Shown here: positions 16,977-26,966 of the stretch, one piece after another
Layout of the letters: each line of letters opens with the position of its first letter
Numbering within the stretch: position 1 is the stretch's first letter
NCBI GenBank assembly: GCA_023384575.1
Contig: JAHDVP010000029.1
Span: 4,900 to 68,899 of the forward strand
Length of the DNA: 64,000 bases
Direction: 5' to 3'
From: Acidobacteriota bacterium
GTDB lineage: Bacteria > Acidobacteriota > Vicinamibacteria > Vicinamibacterales > JAFNAJ01
The notes under the pieces: model-generated
Told to the model about the DNA's origin: nothing
What the model saw: only the letters and a program-made list of their open reading frames with translations
Databases searched by the model: none
Position numbers and translations under genes: made by a program

Positions 16977-17372
16977 ATGAGTGACATCAGCGACGCCGCA
17001 CTTGCCGCCACGCTCCGGCGCTACATGACCGTGGCCGCCGCCAAGCAGGTCGTGGCCGCGGGCAACCTGGCCAACGTCAGCACGCCCGGGTTCAAGGCGC
17101 GCGAACTCGATTTCTCGGCCACCCTCGACCAGAAGGTCCAGGGCCACGTGCTCAAGGTGACCCACCCCGGTCATCAGCAGGCGGGCGGGGCGAGCTCCGC
17201 TCTTGCCACGACCGAAGTACGTGGGCTCGATGCCCGGCGCGACGGCAACACCGTGCACACCGACCGCGAGCTGTTGGCGATGACCCGGGCGGCGGGCGAG
17301 TTCGCGCGGGCGCAGACGGCGCTCGCCGCGAAGTTCCGCCTGGTCCGCTACGCCATCAACGAAGGCCGGTAA
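16977..17372 (+). CDS. flgB: flagellar basal-body rod protein FlgB
   Basis: N-terminal rod motif AAGNLANVSTPGFKARELDF; first gene in the order flgB-flgC-fliE. Confidence 0.9.
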   Translation: MSDISDAALAATLRRYMTVAAAKQVVAAGNLANVSTPGFKARELDFSATLDQKVQGHVLKVTHPGHQQAGGASSALATTEVRGLDARRDGNTVHTDRELLAMTRAAGEFARAQTALAAKFRLVRYAINEGR

Positions 17373-17389
17373 CCGGAAGGGGAATCGCG

Positions 17390-17821
17390 ATGTCCACCCT
17401 CAGTGCCGCCGTCGACGCCGCCGCGAGCGCCCTGGCCGCCGAACGCCTGCGGATCGAGGTGGCGGTTTCGAACCTGGCCAACGCCGAGTCGACCCGCGGA
17501 CCCGACGGCACCGCCTACCGTCGGCGCGACGTCGTGCTCGAGTCGCGACCCGTGGAGTCGTTCGACGCGGCGCTCGGGCGGGCCACGGCGACCGGCGTGC
17601 GCGTGGCGGCGGTCATCGAGGACCAGACCCCGGCGCAGCGCCGCTACGAGCCATCGCACCCGGACGCCGACGCGGAGGGCTACGTTGCACTGCCCAACGT
17701 CAACCCGGCGGAGGAGATGGTCGACATGCTGAGCGCCTCGCGCGCGTACCAGGCCAACCTGACGGCGATTTCGCTCATTCGCGACCTCGTGCAGCGGGCC
17801 CTCGAGCTCGGACGCGGATGA
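17390..17821 (+). CDS. flgC: flagellar basal-body rod protein FlgC
   Basis: VSNLANAESTRGPDG...YVALPNVNPAEEMVDMLSASRAYQANL. Confidence 0.92.
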   Translation: MSTLSAAVDAAASALAAERLRIEVAVSNLANAESTRGPDGTAYRRRDVVLESRPVESFDAALGRATATGVRVAAVIEDQTPAQRRYEPSHPDADAEGYVALPNVNPAEEMVDMLSASRAYQANLTAISLIRDLVQRALELGRG

Positions 17822-17878
17822 GCGGACCGACGCGGGTGAAGGCTGGCGTCCCGCCGTTCTGATGGAGGACGGACCCTC

Positions 17879-18172
17879 ATGATCGAACAACTTGTCGGAC
17901 GCATCCAACCGCTGCCCACCGGCCAGACCGGCGCGACGGGCACGACCGCCGGCGCCCCCGGGTTCAGCGAGGCCCTGCAACGGATGGTCTCGGCGGTCGA
18001 TTCGACCAACGCGGAGGCCAATGGCGCAGTGACGCGCATGCTCGAGGGCCGCGGCGACGTCCACGACGCGATGATCGCGCTGCAGCGCGCCGACCTGACG
18101 CTGCAGCTCACCGTGCAGGTCAAGAACAAGCTGGTGCAGGCGTACCAGGAAATCATGCGCATGCCCGTCTAG
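17879..18172 (+). CDS. fliE: flagellar hook-basal body complex protein FliE
   Basis: 97 aa; C-terminal DVHDAMIALQRADLTLQLTVQVKNKLVQAYQEIMRMPV. Confidence 0.9.
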   Translation: MIEQLVGRIQPLPTGQTGATGTTAGAPGFSEALQRMVSAVDSTNAEANGAVTRMLEGRGDVHDAMIALQRADLTLQLTVQVKNKLVQAYQEIMRMPV

Positions 18173-18205
18173 CGCCGAACCCAACCATCAACGCGTGCGG
18201 CACCC

Positions 18206-19873
18206 GTGAACCCTCAACAGCTCCTCGAACGCCTCACCGCCCTCCGAGGCGGTCTCACCAACGCACAACTGGCATCGCTCGCCGGAGCGTTCGTGCTGGT
18301 CGTCAGCCTCGTCGCGGGGTCGGCCTACTGGCTCAACGCGCCGACCTACCGCCTGCTGTTCTCCGACATGGACGCCGAGTCGGCGTCACAGGTCGCCGAC
18401 CGCCTCCGCTCGCTCGACGTGCCGTACCAATTGACCGACGGCGGCCGGTCGGTCCGCGTGCCGGAGAGCCAGATCGACCAGTTGCGGATCGACTTCGCCT
18501 CGCAGGGGCTGCCGGTGTCGGGACGCATCGGGTTCGAGATCTTCGACCGCACCGCCTTCGGACAGACCGAGTTCCTCGAGCAGGTGAACTACCGCCGGGC
18601 GCTCGAAGGAGAGATCGCCCGGACCATTGCCACGATCGCCGAGGTGGAGGGCGCTCGCGTGCACATCGCGATGGCCCGCGACTCGGTCTTCAGCGCGCGC
18701 CAGCAGCCGGCCAAGGCCTCGGTCGTCGTGAAGCTGCGCAAGGACCGGCCGCTGTCGACGGCGTCCGTGAGCGGCATCACGAGCCTCGTTGCGGCCAGTG
18801 TCGAGGGCCTCCGGCCCGAATCGGTCGTCATCGTCGACAGCTTCGGCCGGCCGCTCTCGCCGCGAGTCGACGACGCGAACGAGCCGCTCGGGTCGGCGCA
18901 GATCGAACGCCAGCAGCGCTACGAGCGCGACCTCGCCGAACGCGTGGTCGCCCTGCTCGAGCCGGTGGTGGGCGTCGACCGGGTCAGAGTGAACGTCGCC
19001 GCGCGCATCAACCTCGATTCCGAGGACCAGCTCGAGGAGCGCTACGAGCCGGCCGGCGTGATCCGCAGCCGTACGGTGACCCTCGAGGGAGGCGCCGGCG
19101 CGGCGCTCGCCCAGGGCGTGGCCGGTGCGCGGGCGAACCTGCCGGGTGCGGTCGAACCGGGCGCAGACCAGCCCTCGACTCCATCGCTGGCCCCGGCGGC
19201 GGCGGCGACGGCGGTCGCCGGGCCGACGCGCAGCGCCGAGACGACCAACTACGAGCTGAGCAAGGTCGTTCGCCACACCGTGCGGCCGCGGGGCGACATC
19301 GCGCGGATCTCGGTGGCGGTGATCCTCGACGACCAGCACGTCGCCCAGAAGGGCGACGACGGGCGTGTGAGCTGGTCGGTCAAGCCGCGCGAGGCCGCCG
19401 AAGTGCAGAAGATCCACGGCCTCGTGGCCGCGGCGGTCGGCCTCGACCCGGCCCGCGGCGACCAGCTGACCGTCGAGAACATCGGCTTCGGCGAGCTGCT
19501 CGAGGACGACCCCCCGGTGCCGGGCTGGTACGAGCGGTTCGGTCCCCAGCTCAACGAGCTCGGCCGGATCTTCGCCGTGATCGTGCTCGGTGGCCTCGCG
19601 TTCGCCTTCGTCGGCCGTCCGCTCGTGCGCCGGGCCCTTCCCATCGCGTCGGCCTCGCGCGTCGAGGCGACGGTGCTGCCGCCGCACCAGCTGCCGCGCA
19701 CGATCGAGGAGCTCGAGGGGGAGATCGAAGCCCAGCTCGACATGGAGGCCGCCGCCCGGCAGTCGGATCGCAAGATGCCGGTGCTGACGAAGCGCGTCGC
19801 GTCGCTCGCGCAGAAGGAGCCTGAGAGCGCCGCGCGTCTGATTCGCACCTGGCTCATCGAGGACAAGAAGTAG
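18206..19873 (+). CDS. fliF: flagellar MS-ring protein FliF
   Basis: 555 aa; N-terminal TM; YscJ/FliF-type repeats (LDVPYQL..GG.SV.VP, ARVHIAMARDSVF); second TM near the C-terminus. Confidence 0.92.
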   Translation: MNPQQLLERLTALRGGLTNAQLASLAGAFVLVVSLVAGSAYWLNAPTYRLLFSDMDAESASQVADRLRSLDVPYQLTDGGRSVRVPESQIDQLRIDFASQGLPVSGRIGFEIFDRTAFGQTEFLEQVNYRRALEGEIARTIATIAEVEGARVHIAMARDSVFSARQQPAKASVVVKLRKDRPLSTASVSGITSLVAASVEGLRPESVVIVDSFGRPLSPRVDDANEPLGSAQIERQQRYERDLAERVVALLEPVVGVDRVRVNVAARINLDSEDQLEERYEPAGVIRSRTVTLEGGAGAALAQGVAGARANLPGAVEPGADQPSTPSLAPAAAATAVAGPTRSAETTNYELSKVVRHTVRPRGDIARISVAVILDDQHVAQKGDDGRVSWSVKPREAAEVQKIHGLVAAAVGLDPARGDQLTVENIGFGELLEDDPPVPGWYERFGPQLNELGRIFAVIVLGGLAFAFVGRPLVRRALPIASASRVEATVLPPHQLPRTIEELEGEIEAQLDMEAAARQSDRKMPVLTKRVASLAQKEPESAARLIRTWLIEDKK

Positions 19874-19875
19874 CC

Positions 19876-20898
19876 ATGCCGACGATCACGATGCCTGCGG
19901 AGCTGCCCGGCCTGAAGAAGGCAGCCATCCTGACGCTCATGCTCGGCGAGGAAACCGCCGGGAGCGTGTTCAAGCATCTCCACGAGGACGAAATAGAACG
20001 GGTGGCCCGGGAGGTCGCCGCCCTCGGGGCGGTGGCGCCCGAGACCGGCACGCAGATCCTCGAAGAGTTCCACCACATGTGGCAGGCGGCCGACTACCTG
20101 ACCCGCGGCGGCGTGGAGTACGCCCAGAAGCTGCTGGTCAAGTCGCTCGGGACGGAGATGGCCCGCCGCGTCCTCGAACGGGTGGTCAAGTCGTTCGAGT
20201 CGTCCATGGCGTTCAACTGCCTCGAGAAGGCCGATCCGCAGCAGTTGTCGAAGTTCATCCTCAGCGAGCACCCGCAGACGATCGCGCTCATCCTCGCGCA
20301 CCTGAAGCCCGCGCAGGCGGCGCAGCTGCTCTACTCGCTTCCCGAGGACCTGCGCGTCGAGGTCATCACGCGCATGGCGAGCCTCGACGAGATCTCGCCG
20401 GAGGTCATCTCGCGGATCTCGGCGGTCATCGAACAGCGCCTGAAGAGCCTCGGTGGCTCGACGCACGAGTCGTACGGCGGCGTACGCGCCGTCGCCGAGC
20501 TGCTCAACCGCCTCGACCGGGTCGTCAGCCAGCCGGTCCTCGAAGCCATCGAGAACCAGTCGCCCGACCTCGCCGTGTCGATTCGCAATCTCATGTTCGT
20601 GTTCGACGACCTGCTGCACGTCGAGGACACGGCCCTGCGGGAGATCATCCAGCGCGCCGACAAGAAGGTGCTGACGATCGCGCTCAAGGGGGCGAGCGAG
20701 GACATCCGCAACCGGTTCTTCCAGAACATGTCGAAGCGGGCGGCTGAGATGGTGCGCGAGGAGATGGACGTGCTCGGCGCCGTCCGGCTGCGTGAGGTCG
20801 AGAAGGCCCAGCACGAGATCGTCGCCATCGCTCGCAAGCTCGAGGAAGAGGGCCTGCTCGTGACGGGCGCGGCCGCAGGCGAGCCGTATGTCGTCTAG
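19876..20898 (+). CDS. fliG: flagellar motor switch protein FliG
   Basis: KKAAILTLMLGEETAGSVFKHL...; EHPQTIALILAHL; C-terminal torque-helix region RNRFFQNMSKRAAEMVREEMD. Confidence 0.93.
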   Translation: MPTITMPAELPGLKKAAILTLMLGEETAGSVFKHLHEDEIERVAREVAALGAVAPETGTQILEEFHHMWQAADYLTRGGVEYAQKLLVKSLGTEMARRVLERVVKSFESSMAFNCLEKADPQQLSKFILSEHPQTIALILAHLKPAQAAQLLYSLPEDLRVEVITRMASLDEISPEVISRISAVIEQRLKSLGGSTHESYGGVRAVAELLNRLDRVVSQPVLEAIENQSPDLAVSIRNLMFVFDDLLHVEDTALREIIQRADKKVLTIALKGASEDIRNRFFQNMSKRAAEMVREEMDVLGAVRLREVEKAQHEIVAIARKLEEEGLLVTGAAAGEPYVV

Positions 20899-21631
20899 GG
20901 CCCGGCGTCTCACCGCGCCGCCACTCGTCCAGCCGTTCGACTGGCTCGACAACGCGGGCCCGCCCGATCCCGACCTGTGGTGCGACCTCGGGACGATCGC
21001 GGCGCCGCGCCAGCGCCGGCCAGGGGGCGCAGCGAGCCTGGCCGTTGCAGGGGACCAGACCGGGCCGGACCGCGAGGGACGAGCGGCGCTCGACGCACAG
21101 GCCCACCTCGCGGCCCTCGAGCGCGAAGCGTTCACCAAGGGCTACGCGCAGGGCGAACGTGCAGGGGTCGAGGCCGGCGCGAAGCGCGCGGAGGGCATGC
21201 TCCGGCGCCTCGCCGAGACGCTCGACGACCTCTCACGGCTCCGCACGACCATGATTCGTGACACGGAGCGCCAGATGGTGCAGCTCGCCCTCGCCATCGC
21301 GCGGCGCCTGGTGCAGCGTGAGATCTCGCTCGACTCCGAGATCGTCGCGGCCATGGCGCACGTCGCGCTCGATCGGCTGGGCGACAGCGCGCCGGCGACC
21401 ATCCGCCTGCACCCGGACGACTACGCCACCGTCATGGCGGCGCGAGGCGCCGAGTGGGCCGGGACCCAGGTCACCGTCGTGCCCGATGCCGCGGTGGCGC
21501 GCGGCGGCTGCGTGGTCGAGTCGGCCTTCGGCCTGATCGACGCCAGCGTGGGCGCGCAGTTCGCCGAAATCGAACGCGCGCTGCTCGGTGAGGATGCCGG
21601 CGACGTCGAGGTGGGATCCGATGCGGCCTGA
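20888..21631 (+). CDS. fliH: flagellar export apparatus protein FliH
   Basis: Position between fliG and fliI. FliH-like central/C-terminal region: AFTKGYAQGERAGVEAG...LALAIARRLVQREI...VESAFGLIDASV. Confidence 0.8.
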   Translation: MSSRARRLTAPPLVQPFDWLDNAGPPDPDLWCDLGTIAAPRQRRPGGAASLAVAGDQTGPDREGRAALDAQAHLAALEREAFTKGYAQGERAGVEAGAKRAEGMLRRLAETLDDLSRLRTTMIRDTERQMVQLALAIARRLVQREISLDSEIVAAMAHVALDRLGDSAPATIRLHPDDYATVMAARGAEWAGTQVTVVPDAAVARGGCVVESAFGLIDASVGAQFAEIERALLGEDAGDVEVGSDAA

Positions 21632-22937
21632 CGGGTTCTCGCTCGCGCGGTACTTCGAGCGTGCGCGCCGCGTGGATCCGCTGCCAGTGACCGGGCGGGT
21701 CGTCAGAACGGTGGGCTTGCTCGTCGAGTCGCGGGGGCCCCGCGCGTCGGTGGGCGACCTCTGCGACCTCCTCCGCGAAGACGGGACACGCGGCCTGTCG
21801 CTCGAAGTCGTCGGGTTTCGCGAGGGCCATCTCCAGACCGTGCCGCTCGGCAGCACGTCGGGGATCAGGCCCGGCGACCGGATCGTCGCGCGACGCGGGG
21901 CCGCCGCCGTGGCGGTCGGCGACGCCCTGCTCGGCCGGGTCGTCGACGGCCTCGGCCAGCCGCTCGACGGCCGGGGGCCCATCGAGGGCGTCGACACCTA
22001 TCCGCTCCAGCCTCCGCCGCTCAACCCGCTCGCGCGCGACCCGATCGTCGCGCCGCTCGCGACGGGTGTCAGGGCCATCGATGCGCTGCTCACCTGCGGG
22101 CGGGGCCAGCGTGTCGGCCTGTTCGGCGGCAGCGGTGTGGGCAAGAGCACGCTGCTCGGCATGATGGCGCGGGGCACCGCCGCCGACGTCTCCGTCATCG
22201 CGCTCGTCGGCGAACGAGGCCGGGAGGTCCGGAGCTTCCTCGAACACGATCTGGGCGCCGAGGGGCTCGCACGCTCGGTGGTCGTCGTGTCGACCTCCGA
22301 CAACCCGCCTCTCGTGCGGCTGCGCGCCGCGTACGCCGCGACGTCGGCGGCCGAGTACTTCCGCGACCAGGGCAAGAACGTGCTGCTCATGATGGACTCG
22401 GTCACCCGCTTCGCGATGGCGCAGCGCGAGGTGGGGCTCGCCGCCGGGGAGCCGCCGACCGCCAAGGGCTACCCCCCGTCGGTCTTCGCGCTGCTGCCGA
22501 GCCTGCTCGAGCGGGCCGGGAACGTTCGCGGGCGGGGCAGCATCACGGCCATCTACACCGTGCTCGTCGAGGGCGACGACCACACCGAGCCGGTCGCCGA
22601 CCACGTGCGCGCGATCCTCGACGGGCACGTCGTGCTGTCGCGCGAGATCGCGTCGCGCAACCAGTACCCGGCCATCGACGTGCTTCAGTCGGTGAGCCGG
22701 ACGATGCCCGACGTGACGAGCGTGGAGCACCGCGTCAAGGCCGGGCAGGTGCGCGAGTGGATGGCGACCATCCGCGACAGCGAGGACCTCGTGAGTGTCG
22801 GGGCCTACGTGCCGGGGAGCAACCCGCGCATCGACGAGGCCCTGGCCAAGCGCGAGGTCATCGAGCACTTCCTCCGCCAGCCAGCCGACCGCCTGCAGTC
22901 GTTCGACGGCGCGGTCGAGGACCTGCGGAGCCTCTGA
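21621..22937 (+). CDS. fliI: flagellum-specific ATPase FliI
   Basis: Walker [13 protein letters not shown]; Walker [10 protein letters not shown]. Internal ATG 21621 overlaps the end of fliH. Confidence 0.93.
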   Translation: MRPDGFSLARYFERARRVDPLPVTGRVVRTVGLLVESRGPRASVGDLCDLLREDGTRGLSLEVVGFREGHLQTVPLGSTSGIRPGDRIVARRGAAAVAVGDALLGRVVDGLGQPLDGRGPIEGVDTYPLQPPPLNPLARDPIVAPLATGVRAIDALLTCGRGQRVGLFGGSGVGKSTLLGMMARGTAADVSVIALVGERGREVRSFLEHDLGAEGLARSVVVVSTSDNPPLVRLRAAYAATSAAEYFRDQGKNVLLMMDSVTRFAMAQREVGLAAGEPPTAKGYPPSVFALLPSLLERAGNVRGRGSITAIYTVLVEGDDHTEPVADHVRAILDGHVVLSREIASRNQYPAIDVLQSVSRTMPDVTSVEHRVKAGQVREWMATIRDSEDLVSVGAYVPGSNPRIDEALAKREVIEHFLRQPADRLQSFDGAVEDLRSL

Positions 22938-23016
22938 CGGCGCGAGGATGCGCCGGGGCGTGAGGTGGCCGGAGGCCATCGCACGGAATCGACCGGGGCC
23001 GGCGGAGCCGGCGAAC

Positions 23017-23050
23017 GCACGGCGCGGGGCAGGGACGCCCGGCGCCGTGC
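23017..23050 (+). other. strong RNA/DNA hairpin with AGGGAC loop in the fliI-fliJ spacer
   Basis: GCACGGCGC-g-GGGC-AGGGAC-GCCC-g-GCGCCGTGC: 13 base pairs with one G/G mismatch and a GGA-containing hexaloop. Confidence 0.5.
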
Positions 23051-23110
23051 GACACCGACAGGCGCGGTCGGGCGGCCGTCAACTGGCGCCACCGGGCCGC
23101 GCGAGGCGCG

Positions 23111-23569
23111 ATGAGACGATTCGTGTTCCGGGCCGAGGTCGCCCTCGCCCTCAGACGCCGGCAGGAGGACGAGGCCAAGCGGGCGCTCGCGGCGGCCGAG
23201 GGCCGGCTGCGCACCGCCCAGAGGGCGCACTTCGCGGCCACCGACGCGCTGGCTTCGACGCTGAAGCGCGCGTCCGAGGCCGATGGGAAAGCCGGCAGCG
23301 TGACCGTCGGCGTGTGGTACCGGAATTGGATCGTTCGTCAGAAGCAGGACGTCGCCCTCGCCGCGCAGGCCGTGGCCCGGTGCCAGGCCGACGCGGACCT
23401 GGCGCGGAGCCACCTGATGATGGCGAGGCGCAAGCGGAAGTCTCTGGAGCGGTTTCGCGAGCGGGCGCTCGCGGCCCACGTGCGTGCAGAGCACGTCGAA
23501 GAGCAGAAGGCGCTCGATGCCCTCGGCACGATGCGCTTCGCCATGGCGAAGCAGGGAGGATCTCAGTGA
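23111..23569 (+). CDS. fliJ: flagellar export chaperone/stalk protein FliJ
   Basis: 152 aa, all-helical and charge-rich ([24 protein letters not shown]...[12 protein letters not shown]). Position after fliI. Confidence 0.75.
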   Translation: MRRFVFRAEVALALRRRQEDEAKRALAAAEGRLRTAQRAHFAATDALASTLKRASEADGKAGSVTVGVWYRNWIVRQKQDVALAAQAVARCQADADLARSHLMMARRKRKSLERFRERALAAHVRAEHVEEQKALDALGTMRFAMAKQGGSQ

Positions 23570-23913
23570 TTGTCAACCCCGTCAGCGGCGCCGTCGCGGC
23601 CACCGGGTCGAATCCGACCGCCGCGCCCCAGAAGACGCTCGGCCAGGACGCGTTCCTGAAGCTGCTCATCACGCAACTGCAGTATCAGGATCCCACCCAG
23701 CCCAAGAACGACACCGAGTTCATCGCGCAACTGGCGCAGTTCAGCTCGCTCGAGAAGCTGACCGAGATCTCGGCTTCGATCCGGGCGCTCGAGCGGGCCC
23801 TGCTCGTCGACACGTCGTCGCCGGCCGCTCCCGGCGCCACGCCGTCCACACCATCGGCGCCTCCTGCTGCCACGCCGTCGGCAGGTGATGCGTCCACCGG
23901 AGGAATCGTCTAA
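23566..23913 (+). CDS. flgD: flagellar hook capping/assembly protein FlgD (short form, 115 aa)
   Basis: GTG start overlapping the fliJ stop (GTGA), with GGGAGGA upstream. FlgD N-terminal motif [41 protein letters not shown], then a P/A/S/T-rich tail. The stop overlaps the flgE ATG (TAATG). Confidence 0.8.
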   Translation: MIVNPVSGAVAATGSNPTAAPQKTLGQDAFLKLLITQLQYQDPTQPKNDTEFIAQLAQFSSLEKLTEISASIRALERALLVDTSSPAAPGATPSTPSAPPAATPSAGDASTGGIV

Positions 23914-25196
23914 TGGCTGTCGGCTCATTCTCCGCCGGGCTGTCGGGGTTGAATGCCAACTCGACCTACCTCAGTGTCATCGGCAACAACCTCGCGAACA
24001 TCAACACCGTCGGGTTCAAGGCCAGCACCGTGCGCTTCACCGACCTCGTGAGCCAGCGCATCGGCGGCACGAGCACCAACCCGATGCAGGTCGGCCTCGG
24101 CGTGGCCACGGGCTCGATCTCGCCGGTCTTCAGCCAGGGCTCGATCGACAACTCGAGGGAGCCCACCAACGTCGCCATCCAGGGCAACGGCTTCTTCGTC
24201 GTGCGCGGCAACGAGGGCCTCGCGTACACCCGCGCGGGCGACTTCAGCTTCGACAGCGACGGGCGGCTCGTCACGCAGGACGGCTGGGCGGTGCAGGGCT
24301 ACACGCAGCTCGATCCGATCACTGGCGAGGTCGTCACCACCGGGGCCCTCACCGACATCGTCGTGCCGCCCGGCGCGCTGCGCCAGCCCAAGCCGACGAC
24401 CGTGTTCTCGACGGTCACCAACCTCGACGCGAACGCCACCGTCGGGCCGCCGCCGACCACCTTCACGACGTCCGTCCAGATCTACGACGCCCTCGGCAGC
24501 CCGCACATCGCCACCATCACCTACGAGAACACGGGCCCCGGCGCCTGGTCGTACATCATCTCCGTGCCGGGCGAGGACGTCGTCGGAGGCACGGCGGGCA
24601 CGCCGTTTGAGATCGCCAACGGCACGATTCAGTTCGACGCCACCGGGCGGCTCGATCCCGCCGTGGGCCTCAACGGCGGGGCGCCCGCCGACCTGACCAT
24701 CCTCACCCCCAACTGGGCCAACGGCGCGGCGCCGAACGAGATGACCTGGGATCTCGTCGACGCCAACGGCATCGGGACGCTCTCGGGGTTCTCGTCGCCT
24801 TCAGCCACCTCGTCGAAGAGCCAGAACGGCGCGTCGGCCGGGCAGGTCAGCGACATCAGCATCTCGCCGGACGGGTCGATCGTCGCGACGTTCGGCGCGG
24901 GCCAGAACGTGGTCGTCGGCCAGCTGGCCCTCGCGAGCTTCAACAACCCGAAGGGCCTCGTGAAGATGGGGAGCAACCGGTTCGGCGAGAGCGAGGCGGC
25001 TGGATTGCCGAACATCGGCACCCCGGGCACCGGAGGACGCGGCACGGTCATCGGCAATGCCCTCGAAGGGTCCAACGTCGACATCGCGCAGGAGTTCACC
25101 CAGATGATCCTGGCGCAGCGCGGCTACCAGGCCAACGCCAAGACCATCACCACGTCCGACGAACTGCTGCTCGACACCTTGCAGCTGAAGCGATAA
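23913..25196 (+). CDS. flgE: flagellar hook protein FlgE
   Basis: N-terminal FSAGLSGLNANSTYLSVIGNNLANINTVGFK; C-terminal LEGSNVDIAQEFTQMILAQRGYQANAKTITTSDELL. Confidence 0.93.
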   Translation: MAVGSFSAGLSGLNANSTYLSVIGNNLANINTVGFKASTVRFTDLVSQRIGGTSTNPMQVGLGVATGSISPVFSQGSIDNSREPTNVAIQGNGFFVVRGNEGLAYTRAGDFSFDSDGRLVTQDGWAVQGYTQLDPITGEVVTTGALTDIVVPPGALRQPKPTTVFSTVTNLDANATVGPPPTTFTTSVQIYDALGSPHIATITYENTGPGAWSYIISVPGEDVVGGTAGTPFEIANGTIQFDATGRLDPAVGLNGGAPADLTILTPNWANGAAPNEMTWDLVDANGIGTLSGFSSPSATSSKSQNGASAGQVSDISISPDGSIVATFGAGQNVVVGQLALASFNNPKGLVKMGSNRFGESEAAGLPNIGTPGTGGRGTVIGNALEGSNVDIAQEFTQMILAQRGYQANAKTITTSDELLLDTLQLKR

Positions 25197-25213
25197 GCGG
25201 AGGGCGCGCGTAA

Positions 25214-26854
25214 GTGCGCCCCGCCGCCCTCGTGCGGAGACGTCGCGTGACCGTGCCATTCGTGTCGATCGTTCCGGTGCCGGCCGCTGCCGGGCCGACA
25301 GGGCCTCAGCGTGGCGCCGGCAGTGCCCCTTCAGGGACGGGGTCGTTCGGCGACCTGATGGGCGAACTCGGCGGCGGAGAGCCAGACGCTCTCCCGGCGG
25401 CCGGGCCGCCGTCGGTCGCCGGGCCAGGCCCGGTGGGCGCATCGCCGCCAGGCGATGCCGCGCCCGAGAGCTCACCGGGGCCGGAGGAAGCGACCGGCCT
25501 CGTCCCGTCGTTGCCGACCGAGACGTTACCGTCTCAGGTGTTCGTGGCGATCGCCGGCCCCGACCCGGTTCCAGTCGGCGAAGTCGGTCCGGCTCCGGTC
25601 ACTTCGGAGGGCGGGGGTGTCGGGATGCCGACCACTGCGGTGCCTTCGGGCCACCCGGCGGCTGCCTTCGCCACGCCGCAAGGGTCGATGCCTCCGGCCC
25701 ACCCGGAGCCTGCGTTCGCAGCGCCGCCGGGCTCGGGGCCCCCGTCCCACGCCATGCCGGGCCCCGGCCCGGTTGCGCGCGACGCCGTCCCGTCGCCGCC
25801 GGGGCCTGTCGCGTCGGCGTCCGCAGAGGCCGCCATTGCGGAGTCGCAACCGGTGGGCCAGCCCGCTCCCGGAGCGGAGAAGCCCGGGTTGCCGCTCGCG
25901 CCACCAGACGGGCAACCACCCGCCGACGGGGCGCTGCGGCCGGAACTCACCGGGACGGCGGGTCGGCCGCTGGCAGCGGCTGTGACAGCTTCTGGACGTC
26001 CAGCCGAGGCGCCAGCAAGTCCGCCCACCACCGGCTCCGAGTGGACGCCCCCGCCACCGAGCACGCCCCCGCCAGCGAGTACGTCTCCTGGGTCGCCGGC
26101 CCAGGCACCTCCCGTCGCGGACCCTGCGCGAGGGCCTCGACCATCCGGGGGGTCTCGGACGTTGGTCGACGTGCAGAGAACCGGGTCGACGCCGGCCCCG
26201 CCGACAGCGCCGCCGGCTCCGGAGACCGGCGGCATCACGCCCACCTCGTCACCGGGGTTCAGCGAAGCCTTCGACGATTTCCAGAACCCCCGGGGCGACG
26301 GTGCTCAGCAGGAGGTCACGGGGCGTCCTGCGTCCGAGGGACCGCGCCTGAGCTCGACATCTGCGGTCTTCGAGGGCAAGGCGCTGATCGCCGAGCTGAT
26401 CCGCCAGACTGGTCCGGTGTCGGCGTATCGGGGAGGCGACATCCCGGCCGGAAGCCAGGCGGCGGGCACCGGTACGGCCAGCGGCGAGGTGCCGCAACAA
26501 GTCATTCGGGCGATCCGCCTGCAGTGGAACCGGGGGGTCGGCGAGGCGCGCCTCAGGTTGCACCCCGAACACCTCGGCGAGGTGACGATCACGCTCAAGG
26601 TCGAGGCCGGGCAGGTCGCCGCGTCGCTCCGTACCGAGACCGCAGCGGCCCAGCAGTGGATCGAGACCCACCAGCAGGATCTTCGCGCCGCGCTCAAGGA
26701 GCAGGGGCTCAATCTGGCCGGGTTCGTCGTCCGGCGCGACCGCGACGACCAGTCGGAGGGGCGCCAGCCGGGACGGGAGGGGGATACCGAACCCCGGCGT
26801 CGCCGTCAACCGTTGGCCGGTGAGGAGGCGCCTCGGTTCGAGGTCGTCGTCTAA
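25214..26854 (+). CDS. fliK: flagellar hook-length control protein FliK
   Basis: Long Pro/Ala/Gly/Ser-rich linker plus C-terminal Flg_hook-type domain (ARLRLHPEHLGEVTITLKVEAGQVAASLRTETAAAQQWIETHQQDLRAALKEQGL). The exact start is uncertain. Confidence 0.8.
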   Translation: MRPAALVRRRRVTVPFVSIVPVPAAAGPTGPQRGAGSAPSGTGSFGDLMGELGGGEPDALPAAGPPSVAGPGPVGASPPGDAAPESSPGPEEATGLVPSLPTETLPSQVFVAIAGPDPVPVGEVGPAPVTSEGGGVGMPTTAVPSGHPAAAFATPQGSMPPAHPEPAFAAPPGSGPPSHAMPGPGPVARDAVPSPPGPVASASAEAAIAESQPVGQPAPGAEKPGLPLAPPDGQPPADGALRPELTGTAGRPLAAAVTASGRPAEAPASPPTTGSEWTPPPPSTPPPASTSPGSPAQAPPVADPARGPRPSGGSRTLVDVQRTGSTPAPPTAPPAPETGGITPTSSPGFSEAFDDFQNPRGDGAQQEVTGRPASEGPRLSSTSAVFEGKALIAELIRQTGPVSAYRGGDIPAGSQAAGTGTASGEVPQQVIRAIRLQWNRGVGEARLRLHPEHLGEVTITLKVEAGQVAASLRTETAAAQQWIETHQQDLRAALKEQGLNLAGFVVRRDRDDQSEGRQPGREGDTEPRRRRQPLAGEEAPRFEVVV

Positions 26855-26887
26855 CGCTGTCGGCCGAGCGTCACGTCGGCCGATGTG

Positions 26888-26920
26888 GCGGCCGGGCTCG
26901 ACCCGGCCGCTGTCTTCTGC
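26888..26920 (+). terminator. rho-independent terminator after fliK
   Basis: 9-bp stem GCGGCCGGG / CCCGGCCGC with loop CTCGA, followed by TGTCTTCTGC. Confidence 0.5.
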
Positions 26921-26966
26921 CCAGAGAATCCCTTCGTTTCAGCCACATCCGTCGCACCGTCCGCTC

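Noticed and set aside
25214-26300. Repetitive Pro/Ala/Gly/Ser-rich stretch considered as a tandem-repeat or CRISPR-like array
   Set aside because: There are no regular direct repeats with unique spacers. The region is in frame with a C-terminal Flg_hook domain, so it is the low-complexity ruler region of FliK.
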